A program made the translations under genes and the position numbers. The notes beneath the pieces were generated by a model. It saw nothing but the letters and a program-made list of their open reading frames with translations, was not told where the DNA came from and made no database searches. This document shows positions 37,527 through 47,451 of a stretch of DNA of 56,709 nucleotides, one piece after another (the first letter of the stretch is position 1; the number at the start of each line of letters is the position of its first letter). Origin of the DNA: an uncultured Synergistaceae bacterium (lineage in GTDB: Bacteria; Synergistota; Synergistia; Synergistales; Aminobacteriaceae); the NCBI GenBank assembly GCA_964458805.1, contig CAYWKH010000003.1:1-56709 (forward strand), read 5' to 3'.

Positions 37527-38834
37527 ATGCAATCCGGAAAGTACGGCCGAATAATGGGAATGGTGCTCGCCGGCGGCAAAGGAGAGCGCCTGATGCCGCT
37601 CACGAAGTACAGGGCCAAGCCCGCCGTGCACTTCGCCGCGAAGTATCGGATAGTCGATTTCGCTCTTTCCAACCTGGTCAACAGCGGCGTCTTCGCGATC
37701 TACGTGATGGTACAGTTCAAGAGCCAATCCCTCAACGAGCATATTGAAAGAGGATGGCAGTTCGGCGGGGCCCTCAGGGGCAGGGACTACTTCATCACCC
37801 TCGTGCCTGCGCAGATGTGGCGCGGGGAGCACTGGTTCCAAGGGACGGCGGACGCCATCTACCAGAACCTTCACCTTGTGACCCTCTTCGATGCGGACAG
37901 GGTATGCATCTTCGCGGCGGACCATGTGTACAAGATGGACGTCGGCCAGATGATCGAGTACCACCTGGACAAACAGGCCGATGTCACCGTCGCGGCGAAC
38001 GTTGTCCCGTCCTCCGAGGCCTCCGCCTTCGGCTGCATAGAGGCGGACGCCTCGGGGCGCATCACCGGCTTCGTCGAGAAACCGGAACAGCCGCCGGAGA
38101 TCCCCGGCAGGCCCGGCTTCTCCTACGTGTCCATGGGCAACTATATCTTCGAGAGGGAGATACTCGAGGAGTCGCTGATAGAGGACGCTCACCTGCCCAC
38201 GAGCCACGACTTCGGGCGCGATATTATTCCAAAGCTGGTGCCGGGGGCCAGGGTGTTCGCCTACGACTTCTCCACCAACGTGCTGCCAGGAAGGCAGGGA
38301 TTCTCCTGGAGGGAGGACAAGCCTTACTGGCGCGACGTAGGCACGATAAAGACCTACTGGGAGGCTCACATGGACCTCCTCGAGTACAACTCGGAGATGA
38401 CCTTCTACAACCCTCAGTGGCCAATGAGGACCGTCTCCTACGCGGACCCCCCATCCTATATCTGCCCGGTGGAGGGGCGTTCCTGCTACGTGCAGAGCAC
38501 CCTCGCCGCGGAGGGGAGCCGGGTGCTGGGCGCCAAGGTCGAGCTCTCCGTAATGTCCAGGAACAGCGTCGTGCTGCCAGGGGCGGAGGTCGAGCAGTCG
38601 ATCATAGGCGAAGGGGTCGTGATAGGCGATAACTGCAGGCTGAGAAAGGTCATAGTGGACAGCCACAACATCATCCCGCCGAACACCGAGATCGGCTTCG
38701 ACCCCGAGCGCGACGCCGAGGCCTACACAGTCGACCCGGGCTCGGGCATAGTCATAGTCGGGATGCCCAAGATGAAGCTGCGAAAATCAACGGAGCAGCC
38801 CAAGGGACCCTTCTACTGGACCAACCTTAGCTAA
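37527..38834 (+). CDS. glgC: Glucose-1-phosphate adenylyltransferase
   Basis: 'GMVLAGGKGERLMPLTKYRAKPAVHFAAKYRIVDFALSN' and 'QGTADA'. Confidence 0.9.
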   Translation: MQSGKYGRIMGMVLAGGKGERLMPLTKYRAKPAVHFAAKYRIVDFALSNLVNSGVFAIYVMVQFKSQSLNEHIERGWQFGGALRGRDYFITLVPAQMWRGEHWFQGTADAIYQNLHLVTLFDADRVCIFAADHVYKMDVGQMIEYHLDKQADVTVAANVVPSSEASAFGCIEADASGRITGFVEKPEQPPEIPGRPGFSYVSMGNYIFEREILEESLIEDAHLPTSHDFGRDIIPKLVPGARVFAYDFSTNVLPGRQGFSWREDKPYWRDVGTIKTYWEAHMDLLEYNSEMTFYNPQWPMRTVSYADPPSYICPVEGRSCYVQSTLAAEGSRVLGAKVELSVMSRNSVVLPGAEVEQSIIGEGVVIGDNCRLRKVIVDSHNIIPPNTEIGFDPERDAEAYTVDPGSGIVIVGMPKMKLRKSTEQPKGPFYWTNLS

Positions 38835-38851
38835 TCCGCGAACCAGCAGCA

Positions 38852-38879
38852 GGGAGGGGAGGCCTTGACCTCCCCTCCC
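38852..38879. terminator. Hairpin between convergent glgC and the AsmA-like gene
   Basis: 11-bp stem: gggaggggagg (38852-38862) pairs with cctcccctccc (38869-38879). Confidence 0.55.
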
Positions 38880-38901
38880 CCGTTAAACGCTCAATCCCCG
38901 G

Positions 38902-41900
38902 TCATTTAAAGATTGACTCCAGGATCTTGTCTTTGATTATGTCCTCCGGCTTCTTCTCCGGCTCGGGGGTCGGGGCGGGCGAGTCGGGCTGTCCTGGCCC
39001 AAGCGGCTGATCGGGCTTGGGGGCGGGCTTGACGATCTGCTCCAGCAGCACCTGCTCCAGCTTCTTGGGCTCCTCCTTCGGAGCGACCGGCTGCCCGATC
39101 GGAGCCGGCTGCAGGGGCTTGTCCCCTCCCGGCGCCTGCGCTATCTTCAGGTTGGAGAATCCCGGCTTCTCCGTGGTCCCGCCCAGGGTGAAGGAGATGT
39201 CCCTGAAGTCGGCCTTCTCCATCCCCCCCTGCAGGCCTCCCAGCACTCCCTTGAGCGCGTCCTGAAGCGACGAGGCAGAAAGCCCGCCAATCGCGCCGCC
39301 GGTAAGGGCGTTCAACACCTGCAGGTTGACGTTGCCCGCGCACTGCAGGGTCATCGTTTTGTTCGGTCCTATCGGTCCCTCCGCGGTCAGATACCTGTAC
39401 AGAGGGTCGTTCTGAGGCGCGTTCGCCCTCGTCCCCTTCTCCAGTATCAACTTTCCGGTCTCAAGGCGGAACGGGACCGTCACATTGCTGTAGCGCACAC
39501 CGGACCTGTAGATGGCGGTAAGGGCCTGCACGCCGGCAAACCCGGTTATCGCTCCCTCCCCGATGGCCAGTGAACCCTTCCCGGAGTAGGAGAGCTTCGG
39601 GGAGATGCCGCCCGATATTGTCGCGGATCCCTTGGCCAGGCCGCCGATCTTGCCCCCCATGCCCCCGGTGAAGTCCTGCGCGACCCCGTTCACGTCGACG
39701 CCGTCGATCTCCAGAGAGTGGGAGAACTTCATCGTGTTGATGTCCAGCGAACCGCCGCCCTTGACGGTTCCTCCGTAGAAGGACAGGGACGCGCCCTTGG
39801 AGGACAGGGAGTTCCCTTCCAGTGCCACCAGGTAGGATAGGTTTGCCCCCTTCAGCCCCATGATGGTGAAGGAGGGCGACGAGATCGAGCCCTGCCCCTT
39901 GCCGGCCGTCCCCGCGAACTTTCCGTTGAACGTCACGTCGATCCGGCCTCCTATGCCCAGCTCCTTCGCGTCGGGCAGGCCGGACGCAAGCGCAGCCAGG
40001 TCGAGGTCCTTGCCGGACAGGTCGAGGGTCACGTCCGGAGCGGCTCCGAGTCCTACGCTACCCTTGGCCGACAGCGACCCGCCGCCGAAGGCCGCCCTAA
40101 GCTCGTCCACGACCATCCTGTTCGTGCTCCCGGAGAGGGACGCGGTCAGGTCGGTGGCGGTCATGCCGGCGACCGACACCTTCGGGGACGTAGCCTTCAC
40201 CGCTATGGACGGCGAGTCCAGCGCCCCCTTCAGCGTGACGCTGCCGTCCAGCACCCCGGCGAGCTGAACCCCCAGGCCCCCCGCTGCCGAGACTGCGGCG
40301 AGGTCTGCCTTGGATATCGAAACCGAAAGGTCCAGCCCTCCCTTGTCCCCCTCCTTCGCCGGGAGGGCGATCGAGCCCGATGCGGACAACGAGCCTGCCC
40401 CGCTCCGAGCGGAGGCGGACTGAACGTTGATCGTGTTTCCGGTCTTTTTCAGCTTCAGGGAGATGTCGGAGAAGCCCAGTCCAGCGGCTGCGGCCGAGGC
40501 TGCGGATACGTCGAGGTCGAGATCGGCCCTGTCGATGGCCTTAAGATCGCCCGCCAGGATGGTCGACGCCTTGAGCCCCTTCAGCGTCGCGTCCTTGACG
40601 CCCAGGCTCGCCGAGGAGAGCGCAAGATCTATTCGCGGCGCCTTCGTGCTGCCGGTTACCACCGCCTTCGCAGCCACGGCCCCTTTTATCCCGTACTGCG
40701 CGATGTCGGGATAGAACGGCGCAAGGGCCGCCGGTTGAAGATTGTCCATCACAGCGGTGATGTTGAGTTTATCCCCTCCGGCAACGGTGCCCGACACGCT
40801 TATCGCCGCCCCGCGCCACTTCGCCCCGGCCTTCGAGACGGTGATGCTATCCCCCTTGAGCGAGATCGTCGCGGACGGAGACTCGAGCAGCTCCTTCATG
40901 ACGGATATCTTCTCGCTCCAGGCCTTGACCGATACGTCGGGTGCCGCGGAAGTCCCCTTGAGCGCCACGTCGGCATGCGCGCCCCCCTGCAGGGCGAGAT
41001 CCTTGAGCTGCGGAAAGGACGCAGCGGCCTTTGCGAGGTTGATATTCCGTATGTTCGCAGTAAGGTCCAGTTTCGGCGCGGTCATGTAGTCGCCGATCGT
41101 GCCCTGCGCCGTGATGGCCGCGCCCTCGAACTGGGACTTCGCGCTCAGGCTGGCCGCCGCAGGCGTCAGTTTGACCTGGGCGCGCGACTCCGTGACCGTG
41201 TAGCCCATAACCCCCAGCTTCGGGGCGCTGAACTCCACCACCCCGGACAGGGTGTCCGCCGTGCCTGCCAACTTGACGCTGAACTTGTCGACCTGGCCGG
41301 AGACCTCCCCCAGGTCGGGGTAGACCTTCTTGAGCTCCGACAGATCTATCCCGGAGCCGGAGAGGCCCAGGTCAACCACCGGCGGCTTCCCCGCGCCGAA
41401 CGAGAGCGACATTCCCCCGGCGAGAGGCATGCCCAGCACCCGGGCGTCCAGCCCCTCCACCGACAGCCTGTCCGCTCCGAGCGACCACTTCGCGCTCACG
41501 CTGTCCACCGGGTACCCCAGCACCGACCTGCCGGAGTAATCCAGGTCTCCCTTCAGGATCGGGGCATTCCACTCCCCCTCTCCACTGAAGGAAAGCGACA
41601 CGGCCCCGTCGAACCCCTCTGGCGACAGCGCGGGCCAGAACGACGCGAGCTGCGCCAGGTCGAGGTCCTTGACGGCGCCGGAGACCGCCAGCGATGGAGA
41701 CAACCTGCCGGAAGCGTTCACCTCGCCCCCCCCGACCTTCAGGGACATGGAGCGGACCTCGGCGTCGCTCCCCTCGACTCGAGCGGTGATGGATCCCTTC
41801 ACCGGCACGCTGTTGACCGCAAGGTCGACGTCGGCCTCGATATCGGGCCCCTTGACCGACAGGTCGGTCCTGGTGATGCCCACCCTGCCCCATTTCGATT

Positions 41901-42312
41901 TGATCGTGCTGTCGACCACGCGAACGGTCTCGATGGGCATCTCGCCTCCCCCTCCCTCGAACTGAATCTGGGCGACCTGCGCAGCGAGTTCGTCAGCATC
42001 GAGCTCCACTCCGCCGACCGTGAGCATGCTCAGTTTGGGAGATTTCGACAGAAGGGACATCAGGTTCAAGGAGACGTCGATATTCCGCGCGCTGAAGAGC
42101 TGCGCCCCGTCCCTGGAAAGAGACACATCCCTCATGGAGAAGCCCCTTATCGGGTTCCCGCTGATCTCCGCAACCCTGAGATCCGCGCCCATAAGCTCCT
42201 TGACCGCCGAGCCCGCCTCCCTTACCACCAGGTCGCCCGCGAAGTTCAGGGTCCATGCGGCTCCCCCGGCGAGCGCCACGAGCGCGACCAATGCTATTAG
42301 CACTTTCTTCAT
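38902..42312 (-). CDS. AsmA/TamB-like giant envelope protein (N-terminal anchor, repetitive beta-rich body, Pro/Glu/Lys-rich tail)
   Basis: N-terminal TM segment 'MKKVLIALVALVALAGGAAW'. Repeated modules of the type '[DN]xDLxxLxxxxPxL....G.h.h...h.G'. Ala/Gly/Ser/Val-rich composition typical of AsmA-like lipid-transfer proteins. Confidence 0.65.
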   Translation of the reverse strand: MKKVLIALVALVALAGGAAWTLNFAGDLVVREAGSAVKELMGADLRVAEISGNPIRGFSMRDVSLSRDGAQLFSARNIDVSLNLMSLLSKSPKLSMLTVGGVELDADELAAQVAQIQFEGGGGEMPIETVRVVDSTIKSKWGRVGITRTDLSVKGPDIEADVDLAVNSVPVKGSITARVEGSDAEVRSMSLKVGGGEVNASGRLSPSLAVSGAVKDLDLAQLASFWPALSPEGFDGAVSLSFSGEGEWNAPILKGDLDYSGRSVLGYPVDSVSAKWSLGADRLSVEGLDARVLGMPLAGGMSLSFGAGKPPVVDLGLSGSGIDLSELKKVYPDLGEVSGQVDKFSVKLAGTADTLSGVVEFSAPKLGVMGYTVTESRAQVKLTPAAASLSAKSQFEGAAITAQGTIGDYMTAPKLDLTANIRNINLAKAAASFPQLKDLALQGGAHADVALKGTSAAPDVSVKAWSEKISVMKELLESPSATISLKGDSITVSKAGAKWRGAAISVSGTVAGGDKLNITAVMDNLQPAALAPFYPDIAQYGIKGAVAAKAVVTGSTKAPRIDLALSSASLGVKDATLKGLKASTILAGDLKAIDRADLDLDVSAASAAAAGLGFSDISLKLKKTGNTINVQSASARSGAGSLSASGSIALPAKEGDKGGLDLSVSISKADLAAVSAAGGLGVQLAGVLDGSVTLKGALDSPSIAVKATSPKVSVAGMTATDLTASLSGSTNRMVVDELRAAFGGGSLSAKGSVGLGAAPDVTLDLSGKDLDLAALASGLPDAKELGIGGRIDVTFNGKFAGTAGKGQGSISSPSFTIMGLKGANLSYLVALEGNSLSSKGASLSFYGGTVKGGGSLDINTMKFSHSLEIDGVDVNGVAQDFTGGMGGKIGGLAKGSATISGGISPKLSYSGKGSLAIGEGAITGFAGVQALTAIYRSGVRYSNVTVPFRLETGKLILEKGTRANAPQNDPLYRYLTAEGPIGPNKTMTLQCAGNVNLQVLNALTGGAIGGLSASSLQDALKGVLGGLQGGMEKADFRDISFTLGGTTEKPGFSNLKIAQAPGGDKPLQPAPIGQPVAPKEEPKKLEQVLLEQIVKPAPKPDQPLGPGQPDSPAPTPEPEKKPEDIIKDKILESIFK

Positions 42313-42461
42313 CCTTACCTACCTCCTTCTCTAGTACTCGAGGCGAATAATAACATCCTCGACAACTCAGACAATATTACCATCGCGATCTCTCTTTGCA
42401 TGTGCGCACCCCTCCGGGGAAGAACAACCGACCGGTGCGTGCGTGGCAGGGAATCTGGGGA

Positions 42462-43289
42462 CTAGAACAGCACTCCCTCCGCTACCATGACTGTCTTGCC
42501 CTTCAGGGATGCCGATATTCCTCCGTCCGGGAGATCGTAGCGCAGGGTCACGCAGTTGAGGCCCCCGGGGTTCTCCACCTCGACGAACTCCCGGTCCGGA
42601 GCTCGGCCGCCTCTCACGACCCAGGCTATCGCAGAGGCGGTGGAGCCGGTACCGCAAGAGTCGGTCAGGTCCTCCACGCCCCTCTCGTAGGTGACTGAGC
42701 GTATCCTTCGTTCGCCCAGATCCTCCGAGACAAAGTTCACGTTCGTACCGCAGGGGAAGAGAGCGGTGTCGTGCCTCAGCTCGCGCCCCGCCGCGAGCAT
42801 CTCCTCGCGGACCAGGGGCGAGCCGCCCGCGAACACCACCAGGTGGGGAACTCCGACCACCAGGAAAGAGGCCGGGAAGGGCCTGCCGAGGGCGGTCACC
42901 TCCCTGTCGAACCACGAGCCGTCGAAGGATATGCGCCCCATGTCGAGGTCGACGAAGGGGGGTTCGACCTCTGCCCTCATGATGCCAGCCAGGGTCGAAA
43001 AGGCCTGGGAGGCGCCGGCTATGCCCTTCTCGAGGGCGTACCTGGCAATGCAGCGGGCGCCGTTGCCGCACATCTCGCCCTCGCTGCCGTCCGCGTTGAA
43101 CAGCCTCATAGCGTAGTCCGCGCCATCCGCCCGCTCGACCACCAGGATGCCGTCCGCCCCTAGGGAGGATCGCCTGGGGCAGAAACGTCGCGCCATCTCC
43201 GGGAGCTCGCCGTCGTCGAACCTCCCGTCCCTGTTGTCCAGGACTATAAAGTCGTTGCCGTTGCCCTGCATCTTCACGAAGGGTATCAT
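42462..43289 (-). CDS. dapF: Diaminopimelate epimerase
   Basis: 'FVKMQGNGNDFIVLD', with catalytic Cys contexts 'MCGNGARC' and 'DSCGTGSTA'. Confidence 0.9.
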   Translation of the reverse strand: MIPFVKMQGNGNDFIVLDNRDGRFDDGELPEMARRFCPRRSSLGADGILVVERADGADYAMRLFNADGSEGEMCGNGARCIARYALEKGIAGASQAFSTLAGIMRAEVEPPFVDLDMGRISFDGSWFDREVTALGRPFPASFLVVGVPHLVVFAGGSPLVREEMLAAGRELRHDTALFPCGTNVNFVSEDLGERRIRSVTYERGVEDLTDSCGTGSTASAIAWVVRGGRAPDREFVEVENPGGLNCVTLRYDLPDGGISASLKGKTVMVAEGVLF

Positions 43290-43390
43290 CTCGCCCGCCT
43301 CCTTGAGTGGTCACCAGTCTACTCTACACTTATTCACCGCTTTTTGCTATCATCGTCAGGAGCGATACTCGGCGACTGGAGGGGACTTTG

Positions 43391-45838
43391 TTGAAAAGAG
43401 AGGAATTCATCCGGTGGATAGAGGGGCATGACGGCGTGGTGCCGCTCGACGGAGGCATGGGGACGCTCCTGGCCGACAGAGGGTGGCAACCCCCGGCTCT
43501 CCCCGAGGAGATGAACCTGGATCGACCCGATGTAGTCTCCTCGATCCACGAGGCCTACCTGGACGCCGGGGCGCGAATAATCGAGACCAACACCTTCGGC
43601 GGGACGCCGGTCAAGATGGCCCACCGCGGGCTCGCCGGAAGGGCGCGCGAGATAAACGAACGGGCCGCCAGACTGGCGCGCGGGGCCACCCGCGGCGGCG
43701 CCCTCGCGGCAGGCTCGGTGGGGCCGCTTGGGGAGCTCCTGGAGCCTTTCGGCCCCCTCTCATTCGACCAGGCGTACCTGGCGTTCAGGGAGCAGATGGA
43801 GGGGCTCGTCGCGGGGGGGGTCGATCTGCTGCTGATCGAGACGATGATGGACCTGAGGGAGGCGAAGGCCGCCGCTATGGCGGCCAGGGACGTCTGTCCA
43901 GGGGTGGCGTTCGTCGTCAGCTTCACCTTCGACCAGAAGGGGCGCACCGTGACCGGCACCCCGCCGGAGGTGGCGGCGCGCTGGGCCGCGATGGCCGGGG
44001 CGGCGGGGGTCGGGGCCAACTGCGGCGTGGGTCCCGAAGCCTACGTGCCGGTCGCGCGCGTCCTGAGCGAGCATGCTGGCATCCCCGTCTTCGTGTACGC
44101 GAACGCCGGGCTGCCGGGGGAGGGCGAGTACTGCTCGCCCGCGGCCTTCGCGGAGTGGGGGAGGAAGCTGGCCGAGGCCGGCGCCTCGGTCGTGGGAGGC
44201 TGCTGCGGCTCCACGCCGGAGCACGTCTCGGCCCTGGTCTCCGCTTTGCGCGGGGTCGGGCGCAGGGGGCCCTCGCGCACCGGCGGCACCCCCATGGCGA
44301 GCCGAAGCCATCTCGTCCTTGCGGGCAGAGGTCACCCCTTCTGCATAATAGGCGAGAGGATCAACGTGTCGCGAAAGTCGACCCTAAGGGACGAGGTGGG
44401 GCGCTCGGTCTGGACGACCCTGAGGGAGGAGGCCCGCCTCCAGTCCGAGGCTGGCGCTCACGTGATAGACGTAAACGTCGGCCTGCCCGGGCTGGACCAG
44501 CAGGCTGCGATGAGGGCGGCGGTGGCCGCGGCGGGCCAGTCGACCAGGCTTCCGCTGTCGATAGACAGCGACAACCCGTCTGTGCTTGAGGCCGGGCTTG
44601 CAGTGGCGACCGGCATCCCCCTGCTCAACTCGTTCACAGCCAGGGAGGACGTCCTGCTGCCCGGGCTGGCCCTTGCCTCCAGGCACGGGGCCTCCGTCAT
44701 AGTGCTGCCCATAGACGAGGACGGCCTGCCTGAGAGCTTCGAGGCGCGGAGGACGGTCATACGAAAGATCCTGCGGGCCGCAGACTCCGTCGGTTTCCCC
44801 CGCGAGGGGCTGATGGTGGACGGGCTGGCTCTGGCGGCGGGCGCCGACCAGGGCGCGCCGCGCGTCACCCTCTCCGCCCTGTCCTATCTGGCCGACGAGG
44901 GCGTGACGTCGGTGCTGGGGGTCAGCAACGTCTCGCACGGCATGCCTGCGCGCACCCTTCTCAACAGGACGTTCGCCGCCATGGCCATCTCTGCCGGCCT
45001 GGACGCGGCTATACTGAACCCGCTCGACACCTCGATGATGGAGACGGTCGCCGCCTCCGAGCTTCTGGCGGGGCGCGACCGAGAGGGGCGCAGGTTCATC
45101 GGTTCGTCCGCCTCGTTCGCTTCCGCGCCTGCCGAGACAGGGAGGGAGAATACGGGCACGAAAACACCCGCCGCGGAGGACGATCTTCAGGTAGAGTCGA
45201 ATTTCGGGCCTCTGGCCTTGTCGATACTGCGCGGGGACGAACAGCAGGCGGAGTGGCTCGCCAGGGCCATGCTCGACGCGGGGACCGCCTCCATAGACCT
45301 GGTAAACAGGGGCGTGATTCCGGCTCTGGAGGAGGTCGGGAGGCGCTACGACAGGGGAGACTTCTTCCTGCCCCAGCTGATGGCCTCGGCCGCGTCGGCG
45401 CAACGGGCCTGCGACCTGGCGATGGAGCTGGTGGAGAGCGCTGGAGGCGCCGCATCCAAGGGCAGGATCCTCCTTGCGACCGTGGAGGGCGACCTTCACG
45501 ACCTGGGGAAGAACGTGGTCGGGACAGTGCTCAGGAGCCACGGTTTCACGGTGGCGGACCTCGGCAGGGACGTGCCCTCCTCCAGGATAGTCGAGGAAGC
45601 GGATAGGGGCGGGTTCGACATAGTGGGCTTGTCCGCCCTGATGACCTCCACGATGAACAGGATGGGCGACACCACCACCGAGCTGGCGCGCCGCCTTCCC
45701 AAGGTCCTCGTCATCGTCGGAGGGGCCTCCGTCAGCGAGTCGTTCGCCCGCTCGATAGGCGCCCACGGCTACGCGCCGGACGCGGTGAGCGCGGTCAGGC
45801 TGGTGGAATCCCTGCTATCGGGCAGGGGGAGAGATTAG
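43391..45838 (+). CDS. metH: Cobalamin-dependent methionine synthase, short form (Hcy-binding, pterin-binding and B12-binding modules; no AdoMet reactivation module)
   Basis: 'LDGGMGT', 'IIETNTFG', 'GGCCGSTPEH', the pterin module 'IGERINV...' and the B12 motif 'GDLHDLGKN'. TTG start after SD GGAGGGG. Confidence 0.85.
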   Translation: MKREEFIRWIEGHDGVVPLDGGMGTLLADRGWQPPALPEEMNLDRPDVVSSIHEAYLDAGARIIETNTFGGTPVKMAHRGLAGRAREINERAARLARGATRGGALAAGSVGPLGELLEPFGPLSFDQAYLAFREQMEGLVAGGVDLLLIETMMDLREAKAAAMAARDVCPGVAFVVSFTFDQKGRTVTGTPPEVAARWAAMAGAAGVGANCGVGPEAYVPVARVLSEHAGIPVFVYANAGLPGEGEYCSPAAFAEWGRKLAEAGASVVGGCCGSTPEHVSALVSALRGVGRRGPSRTGGTPMASRSHLVLAGRGHPFCIIGERINVSRKSTLRDEVGRSVWTTLREEARLQSEAGAHVIDVNVGLPGLDQQAAMRAAVAAAGQSTRLPLSIDSDNPSVLEAGLAVATGIPLLNSFTAREDVLLPGLALASRHGASVIVLPIDEDGLPESFEARRTVIRKILRAADSVGFPREGLMVDGLALAAGADQGAPRVTLSALSYLADEGVTSVLGVSNVSHGMPARTLLNRTFAAMAISAGLDAAILNPLDTSMMETVAASELLAGRDREGRRFIGSSASFASAPAETGRENTGTKTPAAEDDLQVESNFGPLALSILRGDEQQAEWLARAMLDAGTASIDLVNRGVIPALEEVGRRYDRGDFFLPQLMASAASAQRACDLAMELVESAGGAASKGRILLATVEGDLHDLGKNVVGTVLRSHGFTVADLGRDVPSSRIVEEADRGGFDIVGLSALMTSTMNRMGDTTTELARRLPKVLVIVGGASVSESFARSIGAHGYAPDAVSAVRLVESLLSGRGRD

Positions 45839-45852
45839 GGGGAGGTCTGCCT

Positions 45853-46740
45853 GTGCACATACACGAGATCCTGCGTCAAAGAAGACCGTCCATCTCCTTC
45901 GAGATATTCCCGCCCAAGCCGGAGTATCCGATCGAGACCATATACAGGACTATCGCGGAGCTGAAGCCCCTCGCCCCGGACTTCATCAGCGTCACCTACG
46001 GCGCCGGCGGCAGCAGCAGGGAGCGCACGGTGGAGATAGCATCCGCGGCGCAGAACAGGTGGGGTCTAGTCTCGCTGGCCCACCTCACGTGCATGGGGTC
46101 CACCCCGGCGGAGGTGGAGGGAATCCTCGAGGAGCTGGAGCAGGAGGGGGTCCGCAACGTCCTGGCGATGAGGGGCGACCCGCGCCCCGAGGGGGGCGCG
46201 AGCCACTTCCTGCACGCCTCGGACCTCATCAGACACATCAGGAGGGGGCACTTCAGCGACTTCTCGCTGGGCGCGGCCTCTTATCCGGAGGGTCACCCCG
46301 AGTGCCCCTCCCTGGAGGAGGACCTGGTCCACCTGAAGGAGAAGGTGGACTCAGGGGCGGACTTCCTGGTCACCCAGCTCTTCTTCGACAACGAGATCTT
46401 CTTTCGCTTCATCGACATGGTGAGGACGGCCGGGATCGAAGTCCCGGTCCTGGCCGGCGTCATGCCGGTGCTGAACTCGCGCCAGATCGGCAGGATCGTG
46501 TCTCTGTGCGGCGCCTCAATCCCGCCCCGCTTCGCGCGCATCATGTCCCGGTACGAGCACTCGCCCGACGCGCTTGCCGAGGCCGGGATCGCCTACGCCA
46601 CCGAGCAGATCATCGACCTGCTCTCCTGGGGGGCCGACGGGGTCCATCTCTACACCATGAACCGCCCCGACGTTGCCAGGCGCATCATGGAGGGGCTATC
46701 CACCGTCCGCAGGGCTCTGAACGGGGCGGAGGGGGCCTGA
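45853..46740 (+). CDS. metF: Methylenetetrahydrofolate reductase
   Basis: 'ISFEIFPPK', 'FISVTYGAGGSS' and 'DFLVTQLFFD'. GTG start. Confidence 0.9.
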   Translation: MHIHEILRQRRPSISFEIFPPKPEYPIETIYRTIAELKPLAPDFISVTYGAGGSSRERTVEIASAAQNRWGLVSLAHLTCMGSTPAEVEGILEELEQEGVRNVLAMRGDPRPEGGASHFLHASDLIRHIRRGHFSDFSLGAASYPEGHPECPSLEEDLVHLKEKVDSGADFLVTQLFFDNEIFFRFIDMVRTAGIEVPVLAGVMPVLNSRQIGRIVSLCGASIPPRFARIMSRYEHSPDALAEAGIAYATEQIIDLLSWGADGVHLYTMNRPDVARRIMEGLSTVRRALNGAEGA

Positions 46741-46743
46741 TCC

Positions 46744-47451
46744 CTAACCTCCCAGGTAGGCCCTGCGGATCTCGGGGTCCTCGGCAAGCTCAAGCCCGGG
46801 GCCGCTTTTCACGAACCTGCCCGCGTCCAGTATGTACCCGCGGTCCGCGATCTCAAGCGCGCGGGCCGCGTTCTGCTCCACCAGCAGCACGGTCACGCCC
46901 TCGTTCCTGATCCTGAGTATCGTATCCATCAGGGCATCGACCAGTATGGGCGCAAGGCCCAGGGAGGGCTCGTCCAGCAGGAGCAGCCTCGGCCTGCTCA
47001 TCAGGGCGCGGGATATGGCGAGCATCTGCTGCTCGCCGCCGGAGAGGGTCCCGGAGCGCTGGGACAGCCGCTGTTTCAGGACAGGGAACAGCTGGAAGCA
47101 GCGCTCCCTGTCCTGTTTCGTCCCTTCGTCGTCCCCCCTGAGGTACGCCCCCATGACGAGGTTCTCCTCCACCGACAGGTCGGAGAACAGGCGTCGCCGC
47201 TCCGGCACGAGGGCCAGGCCACGGGCCACCACGTCGTGAGGCCTCGAGGGCAGCGGCGACCCGAATAGCTCAATCACCCCGCCGGAGCGCTCCTTCACGC
47301 CCGAAAGAGCCCACATGATGGTGGACTTGCCCGCGCCGTTCGACCCCACTATGGCGACGACCTCGCCCTCCGCCACCGCGAACGATACCCCCTGCACGGC
47401 ATGGACCGCGCCGTAGTGCACGTTAAGGTTCTCGACGTCCAGTGCGTTCAT
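46744..47451 (-). CDS. livF: Liv-type amino-acid ABC transporter ATP-binding protein (LivF-like)
   Basis: 'GSNGAGKST', 'LSGGEQQMLAI' and 'LLLDEPS'. Confidence 0.9.
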   Translation of the reverse strand: MNALDVENLNVHYGAVHAVQGVSFAVAEGEVVAIVGSNGAGKSTIMWALSGVKERSGGVIELFGSPLPSRPHDVVARGLALVPERRRLFSDLSVEENLVMGAYLRGDDEGTKQDRERCFQLFPVLKQRLSQRSGTLSGGEQQMLAISRALMSRPRLLLLDEPSLGLAPILVDALMDTILRIRNEGVTVLLVEQNAARALEIADRGYILDAGRFVKSGPGLELAEDPEIRRAYLGG

